Notes under the pieces: model-generated
The model's input: the letters and a program-made list of their open reading frames with translations, nothing else
Database searches by the model: none
What the model was told of the DNA's origin: nothing
Made by a program: the position numbers and the translations under genes
NCBI GenBank assembly: GCA_963555985.3
Contig: OY820591.1
Span: forward strand, 2,272,001 to 2,336,000
DNA from: Dehalococcoidia bacterium
Lineage (GTDB): Bacteria; Chloroflexota; Dehalococcoidia; Bin125
Direction of reading: 5' to 3'
Length of the DNA stretch: 64,000 nucleotides
In this document: piece after piece, positions 29,271 to 39,769 of the stretch
Position numbering within the stretch: the stretch's first letter is position 1
How the letters are laid out: every line of letters starts with the position of its first letter

Positions 29271-30398
29271 ATGGCGGCTCAAACAACGGCTGGACCAGTC
29301 GAAGAATCCGGCCGGATCACCAACCTGGACGCGCTGCGTGGGATCGCGGTGTTCGGCATCCTGCTGATGAACGCCGTCTCCTACGGGCTGGAGCCGGCGG
29401 CCTACTTCAACATCAGCCTGGCCAACGACACGCCGCTCGACTGGATCATCGGCGTGTTCGGCGAGGTGGTCGTCGATCAGCGCTTCATGGGCGTGTTCTC
29501 GCTGCTGTTCGGCGCGGGGATCGTGCTGTTCGCCGATCGGGCGGACGCCCGGGGCAATCGCGGAGGTTGGCTGAGCTTGTGGCGCAACCTCTTACTGCTG
29601 GGCATCGGCGCGCTGCACATGTGGCTGTGGGAAGGCGACATTCTGGTCGCCTACGCAATCGCGTCGCCGTTCCTGCTGCTCTCGCGGCGGCTGCCGAACC
29701 GGGCGTTGCTCGCGCTGGGCGGCGCGCTGGTGCTGGGATCGGCGGCGATCTTCGCGGCGCTTCAGACCGGCGTCGATCCCGACGGTCGGCAGTTGGGCGA
29801 GCTCTGGTTCACGTCCGGCGAAACCGATGAGACGCTGGAGTCCCTGTTTCTGCTGACGTTCTTCATGCGGGCATTGGGGATGATGATGATCGGCGTCGCG
29901 CTGTTCCGCTCGGGACTGCTGAGCGGCGAGCGTTCGCGCGAGTACTACCGGCGGATGGCTGTGATCGGACTGGACATCGGCCTGCCGCTGGCGGCGCTCG
30001 GCGTAGGGATCACCGCACTCGATGACTTCGGGCCCGGTACCGCCTTGCTTTCGATGATCCCGAACACGGTGGGAACGATTCCAGCGACGCTGGGCATCTG
30101 CGCGTTGATCATCCTCTGGAACATGGGCGGCGAGTCGGTCTGGCGGCGGCGCGTGCACGCCGTGGGGCGAATGGCGCTGACGAACTATCTAACCCAGACG
30201 ATCCTGGGGATCATCTTCCTGCGCACGCTGTTCGAGCCGGACGATCTGAACCGCGCCTGGGTGCTGCTGTTCGTAATCGTCGTCTGGGGCGCGCAGCTGT
30301 GGTGGTCGCAGTGGTGGCTGTCGCGCTTCCGCTACGGCCCCTTCGAGTGGGTCTGGCGGGTGGCCACATATCGCCGAATGCAGCCGCTGCGCCGGTGA
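29271..30398 (+). CDS. DUF418 family membrane protein
   Basis: RITNLDALRGIAVFGILLMN, GRMALTNYLTQ and FRYGPFEWVWR motifs. Confidence 0.9.
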   Translation: MAAQTTAGPVEESGRITNLDALRGIAVFGILLMNAVSYGLEPAAYFNISLANDTPLDWIIGVFGEVVVDQRFMGVFSLLFGAGIVLFADRADARGNRGGWLSLWRNLLLLGIGALHMWLWEGDILVAYAIASPFLLLSRRLPNRALLALGGALVLGSAAIFAALQTGVDPDGRQLGELWFTSGETDETLESLFLLTFFMRALGMMMIGVALFRSGLLSGERSREYYRRMAVIGLDIGLPLAALGVGITALDDFGPGTALLSMIPNTVGTIPATLGICALIILWNMGGESVWRRRVHAVGRMALTNYLTQTILGIIFLRTLFEPDDLNRAWVLLFVIVVWGAQLWWSQWWLSRFRYGPFEWVWRVATYRRMQPLRR

Positions 30399-30432
30399 GC
30401 GCCTGGTGGATAGATTGAGTGCAAGGGAAGAC

Positions 30433-31308
30433 ATGTGGGCATTCTGGTATCTGATCGCTGCGCTGTCTGTTGCGTTGACGGCTGCGATGCATGGGGCGTC
30501 TCAAGTGCCGGAGTCGAGAGCGATCGCCATTGCGATTAGCGCGGGCGGAGGCCACTCTTGCGCCATTGACAACACACAACGCATCCATTGCTGGGGTTCC
30601 AACCTCCATGGTCAGCTTGACGTGCCGACGGGACAGTACGCGTCGGTGAGTGCAGGGGACACTCACACCTGCGCCATTGGCCTGGAAGGCTCGCTGCGCT
30701 GTTGGGGAACCGGCAAATTCGTGCGTCCTCTGGCACTGGTGGGAGAGTTCCTGGGGGTCAGCGCGGGCGAAGATCACACTTGTGCGTTGCAGAGCGGTGG
30801 ACAGCTGTTGTGTTTCGGCTGGAACCGCTACGGGCAGGCGGACCCTCCGGCAGGCACGTGGATCGACGTCGATGTAGGAGAGGACCATTCCTGCGGCATC
30901 CGTGAGAACGGCGCGATTCAATGTTGGGGGGACAACAGTTGGCGGCAGTCGGCCCCGCCGAAAGGCGTATTCGCCTCGCTCTCAGTCGGGGATGATCATG
31001 CCTGCGCCCTGAAGGACGCGGGGCACATCGTCTGTTGGGGAGACGAACAGCGCGGGCAGATTGGGCCGCCGGCAGATCTGCGGGCAGTGTCGATCTCGAG
31101 CGGATACGACTTGAATTGCGCTCTAACCAGCGACGGGCAGATTCGGTGCTGGGGTGAGCTAGGCGATCCTCCGGCGGCAATGCAGGAGATTGGATTCGTC
31201 GCGCTCGACGCGGGGCATGAGCACGCTTGCGGGATTACCACGCAAGGCGAGGTATACTGCTGGCCAGACAGTCCTACTGCTGTGCCCGCGTCGCTTGCGA
31301 CACGCTAG
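30433..31308 (+). CDS. Secreted RCC1-repeat protein
   Basis: About seven repeats of SAG.xHTCA....G.l.CWG.N..GQ; N-terminal hydrophobic segment. Confidence 0.88.
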   Translation: MWAFWYLIAALSVALTAAMHGASQVPESRAIAIAISAGGGHSCAIDNTQRIHCWGSNLHGQLDVPTGQYASVSAGDTHTCAIGLEGSLRCWGTGKFVRPLALVGEFLGVSAGEDHTCALQSGGQLLCFGWNRYGQADPPAGTWIDVDVGEDHSCGIRENGAIQCWGDNSWRQSAPPKGVFASLSVGDDHACALKDAGHIVCWGDEQRGQIGPPADLRAVSISSGYDLNCALTSDGQIRCWGELGDPPAAMQEIGFVALDAGHEHACGITTQGEVYCWPDSPTAVPASLATR

Positions 31309-31320
31309 CAAGTTGTGAGG

Positions 31321-33015
31321 TTACCGCGTCGGCAGCCGATCTTGGGCTCGCCAAATGCGCTCCAAGACGGATCTCCCTTCGTTCCCGGGCGTTACGAGTT
31401 CGGGCCGGTAGATCCAGGGCAACTCCCGGCTGTGACCGCGAATCACTACTGGGCGAATTCGGTATCCCAACAGCCTCTGCTTGGTGAAGCCCAACTCCAT
31501 TAACATTCCCTGCGTAGTTGGCACAGACCAGGCTTGATCGAAGATGAAGTTGCCGAATGAGTAGGCCACCAGCGCGTCGTGGCCTTGCTGGAAGTGCTCG
31601 ACAGCCTGGACCCAGTGCGGGTGATTCCCAATCAGCAGCGTCGCGCCCGATTCGATAGTGACGCCGGCAATCTCACGTTGTTCGGCGGTGGGATTTGAGG
31701 TGTACTCGACTCCCCAATTTGTGAAGACAAGAACGTGGTCGACGAGAGGCTTAGCGGTTTCGACATCCTCGCGAATCAGCTCGGAGCGCAGTGGAGCGGT
31801 GCCCGGGGTATCGTCTCGGGCGTGATACCAGGGCGCAATCGCGTCGTAACCGAGGATGGCGAAACGAACCGGGTTGCGAATGGCGGCGACTTCTACTACG
31901 GCAGGCTCACGCGAGGCTGCTCTGTTTTCGCCGGCTCCAACTGTGCGCATGTCTGCGCTGCGCAGGCGTTGGAGTGTGTCGAGAAGTGCCGCATTCCCGT
32001 TGCAGCCGCCCCAGCAGTCCTTCATATGGTTGCCGATGGTCAGAACGACATCAATGCCAGCATTGGCCATCGCGTCGACGGCGCGCGGGTGGCCTGTGAA
32101 GATCACGGTTTCGACGCATGGCGTCGGCTTACCTAGGTCGGTCAACGGCAATTCGAGGGGGGCAATGGTGAGATCGGCTGCGAGCGTGAGCTGGCGCACC
32201 CCGTTGAACATGGCATCGTAATCGTCGATCGCGTCCAAGACGTGATTGGTGCATCGCACAGGGAGGATCTCACCCGTGATCAGCAGACCAGCGGGATCGA
32301 ACGGCGGCTCGATCCGAATTCCCGCGGCTGCGAGCAGGTCGTAGCCTCTCTGGGCGTTGGGCGCTCGCACCCAGCGGACCAGACGCAATGGCGAATCCCT
32401 GGCCGGATCTCGATACGGATCGTGCCCGTCAACCGTGAGAGCGAGCACGCCAAATCGAATCGAATCGCTGGGAACCAGAGCGAATGCACCAGGAGTCGCG
32501 GCGACCAACTCGATCAACCTATTATCCGGTACAATAATGGCGGCGATGTCGGCCTGCGAGAGGCCGACTGCAGACGCGATGTCGACGGCCTGCGAGCTGG
32601 GTAGGTAGACGCTGATCGGTTGAGCGGTACCGCCAACCTGCGACCAGTTGGCAGTATCGCCGCGCAGTATGCTCAACGTCTCTTCGAGCGTGAGATCGAG
32701 TACGTCGCGGCGCTGATCGGTAACCGCTGCCCAGTGCGCAAAGACGACTGGTCGGTAACAAGGCGTATGTTGATCGACAACGTCTGGCACTGCCAGGACA
32801 CTCGTCCCGGCCGTCAACAGACGATGTGGATCAGTGAGCTTCGCATGCGGCCAGTGGCACGGTGCGGGATGCGCAGAGGCATCCGGACTCAGAAGCAGGA
32901 GGAGCGCGCCAGCAACGGTGAGAACGACGAACGACAGTCGGACCACGCGCAACCGCCTTGCGCCGGGATTCGGGCCCATGGGGCCACTACAATATCGCCA
33001 GTCATTGGCCGTCAC
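31321..33015 (-). CDS. CapA/PGA_cap family protein with N-terminal binding-protein-like domain
   Basis: GNHMKD, WGVEY, GNHPHWVQ and YSFGNFIFDQ motifs. Confidence 0.85.
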   Translation of the reverse strand: MTANDWRYCSGPMGPNPGARRLRVVRLSFVVLTVAGALLLLLSPDASAHPAPCHWPHAKLTDPHRLLTAGTSVLAVPDVVDQHTPCYRPVVFAHWAAVTDQRRDVLDLTLEETLSILRGDTANWSQVGGTAQPISVYLPSSQAVDIASAVGLSQADIAAIIVPDNRLIELVAATPGAFALVPSDSIRFGVLALTVDGHDPYRDPARDSPLRLVRWVRAPNAQRGYDLLAAAGIRIEPPFDPAGLLITGEILPVRCTNHVLDAIDDYDAMFNGVRQLTLAADLTIAPLELPLTDLGKPTPCVETVIFTGHPRAVDAMANAGIDVVLTIGNHMKDCWGGCNGNAALLDTLQRLRSADMRTVGAGENRAASREPAVVEVAAIRNPVRFAILGYDAIAPWYHARDDTPGTAPLRSELIREDVETAKPLVDHVLVFTNWGVEYTSNPTAEQREIAGVTIESGATLLIGNHPHWVQAVEHFQQGHDALVAYSFGNFIFDQAWSVPTTQGMLMELGFTKQRLLGYRIRPVVIRGHSRELPWIYRPELVTPGNEGRSVLERIWRAQDRLPTR

Positions 33016-33030
33016 GATAAAAACAGTCAG

Positions 33031-34332
33031 CTACTCCCCCACTGACAGACCAACTGCGCCAGCGTCGCGCAGCGCTGTGACCTCCTCATCGCTGTAGCCG
33101 TGCTCGCGCAGGATGTCGTCGCTGTCGCCGTCGAAGATCGGCGAGGGGCCTCTGGCCTCAGGCGGCGAATCCGACATCCGATAGACCGGCCCGACCATCG
33201 ACTCGGGTCCCGTCAGGGGATGCTCGATTTCGGCGATCGCGCCGATCGCCTGAACCTGCGGATCGTCGACCATGTCTTCGGGCAGATTGACCTGAGAGGC
33301 CGGCGCACCGGTCGCGTCCAGCTTCACGATCCAATTGGCGGTCGTGTCACTGCGGAACTGTGCGGCGATGTTCTCTCGCGCCCGATCGACGATGTCGAGT
33401 GCGGCCGGATCGAGGGGATTGAAGCTCTCCAAATCGGTAGAGTCATCCTCCTCGGTCAGGTCAAGCGCCTGGCGAACCTGCCGCCGATTGAGCGGGGTCA
33501 GGCAGCCGAGCATGATCGCGCCATCAGCGGTCTGGTAGCCGCCGTAGTAGAGCGCGAAGGCGGCGCCGATCATTGATCGCACGCCGGTGCGCGCCTCGAG
33601 CAGCTCGCGGTAGGCGCCGCCTCGTTCGCGGATCTGCTGAATAGCTTCGAGCGACGGCTGGAGGAACGTGGCGTCGCTGACCGGCAATCGGGCGATGCCG
33701 AAGTTCTGGAGCGTGAGCGCAGCGCCCAGTAGCGACGTCTCGATTCGTTGGCCTCGACCCGTGCGCTCCCGGTGGAACAAGGCGGCGCAGACGGACATGG
33801 CGCTGGTCCAGGCGGCGCCGTAGTCGGCCGGGGTTGTGGCCGTGATCTGCATCGGGCCGCCGCGTTCATTCAGTTTCTCGTCGCCCGCCATCAGCCCGGA
33901 GTAGGCCTGCGCGATGATGTCAGCGCCGGCTCGGTGGGCAGATGGCCCTTCCGGACCGTAGGCGGTGTTCTGCAAATAGATCAGCCGCTCATTGCGCGCC
34001 CGCAAGGTCTCGTAGTCCACGCCGAGCCGCTGCGCGACACCCGGTCGCGCGTTGATCAGGAAGACATCGAAACCGCGGATCAGTCGGTGAACCACCGCGC
34101 GGCCCTGCTCAGTTTGCAGATTGAGGATGATGCCGCGCTTGCCCCGGTTGTAGACGTGGAAGACCTTCGACTCATTGGGCATGAACTGACCGACGCCGCG
34201 CGTGGCGTCGCCTTGCGGCGACTCGATCTTGACCACGTCAGCGCCGAGATCGGAGAGCATCACACCGCACATCGGCCCGGCGATGATCTGGGTCAGTTCG
34301 AGAACCTTGATCCCGTCGAGCGGACCGGGCAT
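33031..34332 (-). CDS. Class III CoA-transferase
   Basis: PLDGIKVLELTQIIAGP and NRGKR motifs. Confidence 0.93.
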   Translation of the reverse strand: MPGPLDGIKVLELTQIIAGPMCGVMLSDLGADVVKIESPQGDATRGVGQFMPNESKVFHVYNRGKRGIILNLQTEQGRAVVHRLIRGFDVFLINARPGVAQRLGVDYETLRARNERLIYLQNTAYGPEGPSAHRAGADIIAQAYSGLMAGDEKLNERGGPMQITATTPADYGAAWTSAMSVCAALFHRERTGRGQRIETSLLGAALTLQNFGIARLPVSDATFLQPSLEAIQQIRERGGAYRELLEARTGVRSMIGAAFALYYGGYQTADGAIMLGCLTPLNRRQVRQALDLTEEDDSTDLESFNPLDPAALDIVDRARENIAAQFRSDTTANWIVKLDATGAPASQVNLPEDMVDDPQVQAIGAIAEIEHPLTGPESMVGPVYRMSDSPPEARGPSPIFDGDSDDILREHGYSDEEVTALRDAGAVGLSVGE

Positions 34333-34341
34333 GAGCTACTC

Positions 34342-35643
34342 CTAGTCCTGCGGGGGCAGGCCAATCGCGCCGGAGGCTCGCAAGGCGGCGATCTCCTCGG
34401 CGCTGTAGCCATACTCGGCCAGGACTTCGTCGGTGTCGCCGTCGAGCGGGGGCGCTGCGCCTTCCGCTCGGGGCGGCGTGGCAGACATGTTGAAGGGCGG
34501 GCCAACCATCGTTTCGGGGCCGGTGATCCGGTGCTCAAGATCGGCCATGATGCCCAGGGCCTGCACCTGCGGGTCGTCGATCATCTCCTCGGGGATGTTG
34601 ACCTGGGCGGCGGGCGCGCCAGCGGCGTCGAGCTTGGCGATCCAGTTCTCGGTCGTGTCCGAGGCGAAGCGTTCCGAGATCAAGGCGCGGACACGAGCGA
34701 CGATCTCTTCCGAGCCGTCGGCCAGCGGGTTGAAATCGCCGCTGTCGGTCGGATCGTCGCCAGGCTCCAGTCCGAGTGCATTGCGCACCTGGCTGCGGTT
34801 GGGCGGCGTCACGCAGCCGAGCATGAGCGCGCCGTCGGAGGTCTGGTAGCCGCCGTAGTAGAGGAAGAAGGCGCCGCCGACGAGGGCGCGGAGTCCGCCG
34901 CGCGCGCCGAGCAGTTCGCGGTAGCTGCCGCCGCGTTCGCGGACGGCGGCGAGGCCGTTGAGGATCGGATTGAGCATGATCGCGTCGGAGACCGGCATCC
35001 GCGCAGTGAAGGCATTCTGCAAGACCAGCGCGCCGGCGAGCAGCGAGGTGTCGATCTTCTGGCCCTCGCCGGTGCGCTCGCGGTGGAAGAGCGCCGCGCA
35101 GACGGCGATCGTGCTGGTGAAGGCAGCGGCGAAATCGGCGGGCGTAGTGGCGGTGATCAGATCAGGGCCGCCGTGCTCGTCCACCTTCTCGTCGCCGGCC
35201 ATGAGGCCCGAATAGGCTTGGGCGATGATGTCCGCCCCAGCTCGGTGAGCGGAGGGGCCGGCCGGTCCGTAGGCGGTGTTCTCGAGATAGATCAACGACG
35301 GGTTGAGCGGGCGTAGGCTCTCGTAGTCGATACCCAGCCGCTCGGGCACGCCGGGTCGGGCGTTGATCAGAAAGACGTCCATCTCGGAGATCAGGCGGTG
35401 GACGACGGCCTGCCCGTCCGGGTCCTGGAGGTTGAGCACCATCCCGCGCTTGCCGCGATTGAAAACGTGGAAGCCCTTGCTCTCGCCGGGCGCGATCTGA
35501 CCGAGCAGGCGCATGCCGTCGCCGGCGGCCGATTCGATCTTGATCACGTCCGCGCCCATGTCGGAGAGCATCACTCCGCACATCGGCCCAGCGATGATCT
35601 GCGTGACTTCCAAAACTCTGACGCCATCCAGCGCTCCTGGCAT
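34342..35643 (-). CDS. Class III CoA-transferase (tandem paralog)
   Basis: Same motifs; closely similar to 33031-34332. Confidence 0.93.
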   Translation of the reverse strand: MPGALDGVRVLEVTQIIAGPMCGVMLSDMGADVIKIESAAGDGMRLLGQIAPGESKGFHVFNRGKRGMVLNLQDPDGQAVVHRLISEMDVFLINARPGVPERLGIDYESLRPLNPSLIYLENTAYGPAGPSAHRAGADIIAQAYSGLMAGDEKVDEHGGPDLITATTPADFAAAFTSTIAVCAALFHRERTGEGQKIDTSLLAGALVLQNAFTARMPVSDAIMLNPILNGLAAVRERGGSYRELLGARGGLRALVGGAFFLYYGGYQTSDGALMLGCVTPPNRSQVRNALGLEPGDDPTDSGDFNPLADGSEEIVARVRALISERFASDTTENWIAKLDAAGAPAAQVNIPEEMIDDPQVQALGIMADLEHRITGPETMVGPPFNMSATPPRAEGAAPPLDGDTDEVLAEYGYSAEEIAALRASGAIGLPPQD

Positions 35644-35898
35644 CTGGGGCTCCTCTCTCGGTGCAGTCAGATCGAGAGGATAGAGCGGCGCGCGGGAGGC
35701 GTTCGTTCGCTTCGAAGGAGCTCGGTCATGCGGGTTGGTGCTAGCTCAGCGCAGCGATGATTCGCCAACGTCTGTTTCGGCCTGGTCGAGCAAGGCCCAG
35801 ATCGGGGTGAAATCGAAGCTGAAACCGGGCAGGATGTCCTCACCGCCTAGCTGTTCGGGGCGTTCGAGGGATTGCGGCTCCTGATTGGGACGGTAGCT

Positions 35899-37125
35899 CT
35901 AGACAGCGCGGCGTTGGGGATCGACGAGCCAGCCGAGTTGAGCGCCGAAGCCGATCCAATCGGCGACGCGGCCTTGCTGATCGCTAAGCGCGTCGTTGGG
36001 CGAGCGAACTTCGACGACGAAAGCGGGGCAGAGGTTCAGAAACCTCTGCGCGGCGGAGCGCCCCCGGCGGCGGCAAGCTGCTCGGGCGTCATCCAGGAGA
36101 CGTTGGGACCCCAGAGCGGTTTGCGGCTTGGTGGGTTCACATTGCAACTGCAACAACTGCCGACCGAAGACTTCGGCCGGGGAGAGGTAGTCGAGGCACT
36201 GGCGGGGGGTGTTGTTGTACAACTGCAGCACTTCGATCAAACGCGCGAGGCTGAGTTGGGCGAGGTCGAGCCGGCGCGGCAGGACCCGGCGCAGGCGTCC
36301 GATCGCATTCTCGATCCCGCCCTTCTGCCAGGGCGCGTAGGGGTCGCAGAAGAAGGTCTCCACGCCCAGCCGGTGCAGTTCGTAGTGGCGGGCGAACTCG
36401 GTCCCGTTGTCGAACGCGACCGTGCGCCGCAGGGCGGGCGGCCAGGCGCGGAGCAGGCTGAGCAGCAGGCGCGCGACCGGAGCGGCCGCCTTGCCCGCCA
36501 CGGGCAAGCCCACGAGCAGCCGCGAGGAGCGCTCGTGCAGCATCAGCAGGAGCGGACCGCCGCGCCCGAAGAGCATCAGGTCGGCCTCCCAGTGACCGGC
36601 TTCGAGCCGCCCGGCGGCCGCCGCCGGGCGCTCGCTCAGGGGCCGCCGCAGTTGGATGCGCTCGACCGAACTGCCGCCTTTGCGCCCGCGCCAACCGCGT
36701 TTCGCCTTGCGCCGCGGCAGATACTGGCGCCAACCGCCGCCGCGGCCGGGCTTGGCCCGCGAGGCTTGGGCGTAGATGAAGCGATAGATGCTCTCGTGCG
36801 AGATCACCGGCGCGCCCGCCTCGCGCGCCAGCCGGCCTGCGACCTGTTGCGGCGAGAGCCCGCGGGCCAACTCGCGCAGCACCCGCGCGCGCAGCTGATC
36901 GTCGCGTTCCAGCCGCGAACCGCGCCAGCGCCGCGCCTGGGCCTGTTGCTGGGCGTAGTCGGGACGGTAGCCGTCGCGCGCCGTGTTGCGTTTCAGCTCT
37001 CGAGCAATCGTCGATGGCGAGCGATCCAGAGCTGCAGCGATCTGCCGGATCGAGCGCCCCTCGGCCTGTAAGCGGGCAACCGCGCATCGCTCCGCCAGGT
37101 CCAACTGCGTGTACTGCGCGCCCAT
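35899..37125 (-). CDS. IS30 transposase reading through its right end into Uma2 sequence
   Basis: HTH SIRQIAAALDRSPSTIARELKRN; GHWEAD, DNGTEF and PWQKGGIEN motifs. Confidence 0.93.
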   Translation of the reverse strand: MGAQYTQLDLAERCAVARLQAEGRSIRQIAAALDRSPSTIARELKRNTARDGYRPDYAQQQAQARRWRGSRLERDDQLRARVLRELARGLSPQQVAGRLAREAGAPVISHESIYRFIYAQASRAKPGRGGGWRQYLPRRKAKRGWRGRKGGSSVERIQLRRPLSERPAAAAGRLEAGHWEADLMLFGRGGPLLLMLHERSSRLLVGLPVAGKAAAPVARLLLSLLRAWPPALRRTVAFDNGTEFARHYELHRLGVETFFCDPYAPWQKGGIENAIGRLRRVLPRRLDLAQLSLARLIEVLQLYNNTPRQCLDYLSPAEVFGRQLLQLQCEPTKPQTALGSQRLLDDARAACRRRGRSAAQRFLNLCPAFVVEVRSPNDALSDQQGRVADWIGFGAQLGWLVDPQRRAV

Positions 37126-37170
37126 GGGCTCACCTCAATCATCTGTCGCACTTCGTCTGTGAGACTAGGC
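36130..37170 (-). mobile_element. IS30-family insertion sequence (1041 bp)
   Basis: Imperfect terminal IRs (TGTCGCACTT..TGTGA / TGTTGCAGTT..TGTGA); 2-bp TSD (TT at 36128-29 and 37171-72); removal restores the Uma2 sequence D-Q-S-R. Confidence 0.9.
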
Positions 37171-37534
37171 TTTGGTCGTCGCTGAGGTCGAAGCCGGCAC
37201 TGGACTCCTGGACCATGCCGCCGGCGCCGGCCTTGGCCCAGGCTCGGACTTCAGCACAGATTTCCACGCCAATGTACGAGCTTGCTCCGCCTGCGGGCAT
37301 GTTGATCTCCAGCGCTCCGAAGTGTCCGCGTTCCAAGCGCAGGTCCTGGTTGAGGCTGCACAGCTCTTCGAGACAATCGTTGGTCAGCGTCCAAGCTTCG
37401 GGCAGACGGATGCGGATCGGCCAGATCTTGACCGGCATCACCGAGATTTCCGGCTCTCGCGTCAGCCTGGTCGTCATGCGCGGCGCTCCCCTCACATGAC
37501 TATTCAGCCTAGCGACGTAGAGCTGGCGGGGGAG

Positions 37535-38824
37535 TCAGGAAGCCGAAGTGCCGATCGCGCCGGACGCGCGCAACTCCGCGATCCGCTCCGCCGAAAACCC
37601 AAATTCCGACAACACCGCATCCGTCTCCCCATCCAACACCGGCGACGAGCGCGCCGTACCCGTCGGCGTCGCCGACATCTCCACCAGCGCACCCACATGA
37701 CGCTCCGGCCCAGTCAGCGGATGCTCAATCTCCCGCATGATCCCCATCGCCTCTACCTGCGGATCCTCTCCGATCTCCTCCGGCCAGTTCACCGGCGACG
37801 CCGGCGCTCCGGCAGCGTCCAGGCGTTCCATCCACTCCCTCATCGTGCCGCTGCGCAGCTTGGCCGCGATCTGCTCCCGCACCCGCGCCACAATTCCGTC
37901 CGACTCCGGCGCGATCGCGTTGAAGTCGTCGTCATCCGTAGGATCGTCGCTAATCTCCAGGGCGCGCCGGATTTGCGCGCGGTTCTGCGGAGTCAGCGCA
38001 CCGAGAATGATCGCGCCGTCACGCACCGGGTAACCGCCGTAGTACAGGCGGAAGGCCTTGCCTTGGCGTGGCAGATCACGACGCGCAGCGTTCAGCTCGG
38101 CGTAGGATGCGCCCGCCTCACGCATCTGCGAGAGCGCCTCCCGCAGCGGATCAACCAAAATCGCATCGGAGACCGGTACCCGAGAAACCCAGCTGGACTG
38201 GAGCGTGAGACCGGCGGCGAGCAATGACGTCGAGAGAAACTGGCCCTCGCCCGTCCGTTCGCGGTGCCAGAGCGCCGCGCAGACGCCCATCGCCCCACCC
38301 AGCGCAGCCACGTAATCGGCGGGGGCAGTAGCTGTAATGTGCTCAGGCGCCCCGTCCGCGCCAACCTTCATATCGCCCGCCATCAGACCGGAATAGGCCT
38401 GCACCACAATGTCGGAGCCCGCGCGCTCGGCGCTGGGCCCGCGGCTGCCGAAGCCGGTGACGTGGAGGTAGATCAGATCCGGACGGATTGCACTGAGGGT
38501 CTCGTAGTCCATGCCGATGCGTTTGTCGACGCCGGGGCGGACATTGGTGACGAAGACATCGAACTGGGGGATCAACTCGTGCGCGACCTCTCTGCCGGCC
38601 GCTGCCGCCAGGTTGATCACGATCCCGCGCTTGCCCCGGCTCAGAGCATGAAATGCCTTACTCTCGCCCGGCGCGAACTGGCCAATCCGCCGCGCCCCCT
38701 CGCCGCCGGGCGGCTCCAGCTTGATTACCTCTGCGCCCAGATCAGCGAGCGCAGTCCCGCAATACGGCCCGGCGATAATCTGAGCCAGTTCGAGCACCTT
38801 GATGCCGTCGAGCGGACCGGGCAT
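37535..38824 (-). CDS. Class III CoA-transferase (third paralog)
   Basis: MPGPLDGIKVLELAQIIAGP and AGSDIVVQAYSG motifs. Confidence 0.93.
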   Translation of the reverse strand: MPGPLDGIKVLELAQIIAGPYCGTALADLGAEVIKLEPPGGEGARRIGQFAPGESKAFHALSRGKRGIVINLAAAAGREVAHELIPQFDVFVTNVRPGVDKRIGMDYETLSAIRPDLIYLHVTGFGSRGPSAERAGSDIVVQAYSGLMAGDMKVGADGAPEHITATAPADYVAALGGAMGVCAALWHRERTGEGQFLSTSLLAAGLTLQSSWVSRVPVSDAILVDPLREALSQMREAGASYAELNAARRDLPRQGKAFRLYYGGYPVRDGAIILGALTPQNRAQIRRALEISDDPTDDDDFNAIAPESDGIVARVREQIAAKLRSGTMREWMERLDAAGAPASPVNWPEEIGEDPQVEAMGIMREIEHPLTGPERHVGALVEMSATPTGTARSSPVLDGETDAVLSEFGFSAERIAELRASGAIGTSAS

Positions 38825-38904
38825 TGCCAACCTCCCGAGGTTGTTGGGGCAGGGTATGCCAGACGCCCGATTTAGACTGCAAGGCAAAGCTGAAAGAGGG
38901 AACC

Positions 38905-39768
38905 ATGAGCGACTACGAACACATCCTCTACGACCACGACGGCCCCGTCGTCACGATCACCTGGAACAACCCGGAGACCCTGAACGCAATCACGCCCGTG
39001 CTCGAGCGCGAGTTTCATGCCGCGCTCGATCAGGCCAACGCTGATCCGGACGCCCGCGCAATCATCTTCACCGGCGCAGGACGTGCCTTCTCCTCCGGCT
39101 ACAACATCGACGGCGGGATCGACAGTGAGGTAGCCGGCGCGCGCCTGCCCGTCTCCGAGCACCTGGAGCGCTGGTTCAACTTTTCGACCAAGAACCCAGA
39201 CATGATGATGCACCTGATGACGCTGGAGACGCCGATCATCGCGGCGGTCAACGGCTGGTGCATCGGCGGCGGCTTCTGGTACGCGCTGGCGGCGGATATC
39301 ACGATTGCCTCCGATCGCGCGGTCTTCGCCCAGCCGGAGGTGCGGATGATCTCGAATTCGTCCGTGCTGTTCGGGATTCTCGCAGGCTGGAAGGTCGCGC
39401 ACCGCTACGCGCTGACCGGCGACCACTTCGACGCCCAGGAAGCCCTCCGGATCGGCGTGATCAACGAGATCGCGCCAGCCGAAGATTTGATGGAGCGTGC
39501 AGACGCGCTGGCGCGGCGGCTAGCGCTAGTACCGGCTCACTCGGTTCGCTACAACAAGCTGATTACGGCTAGAGGCCTGGAGGCGATGGGTCTGCGCAAC
39601 GCGCTTAACGTCGGCTCGATGCTCTCCACCCTCGTCGAAGCCTCCGCCGACGGTCCCCAGGTGGAGCACCTGGACGAAGCCCGTCGCCAAGGCGGCTTCG
39701 GCGCGTTCCTGCGAGCGCGGGACGAACCATTCCGCCCCGAGCCGTTTGGCCCGCGCAGCGAGCGTTAG
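38905..39768 (+). CDS. Enoyl-CoA hydratase/isomerase family
   Basis: TGAGRAFSSG, PIIAAVNGWCIGGG and FAQPE motifs. Confidence 0.93.
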   Translation: MSDYEHILYDHDGPVVTITWNNPETLNAITPVLEREFHAALDQANADPDARAIIFTGAGRAFSSGYNIDGGIDSEVAGARLPVSEHLERWFNFSTKNPDMMMHLMTLETPIIAAVNGWCIGGGFWYALAADITIASDRAVFAQPEVRMISNSSVLFGILAGWKVAHRYALTGDHFDAQEALRIGVINEIAPAEDLMERADALARRLALVPAHSVRYNKLITARGLEAMGLRNALNVGSMLSTLVEASADGPQVEHLDEARRQGGFGAFLRARDEPFRPEPFGPRSER

Positions 39769-39769
39769 C

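Larger units (their letters stand above)
35746..37477 (-). pseudogene. Uma2-family endonuclease interrupted by IS30, with a frameshift and an in-frame TAG
   Basis: 5' part LRLER...SSAGFDL; 3' part PNVSW, CPAFVVEVRSPND, GAQLGWLVDP and GEDILPGFSFD. Confidence 0.85.
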
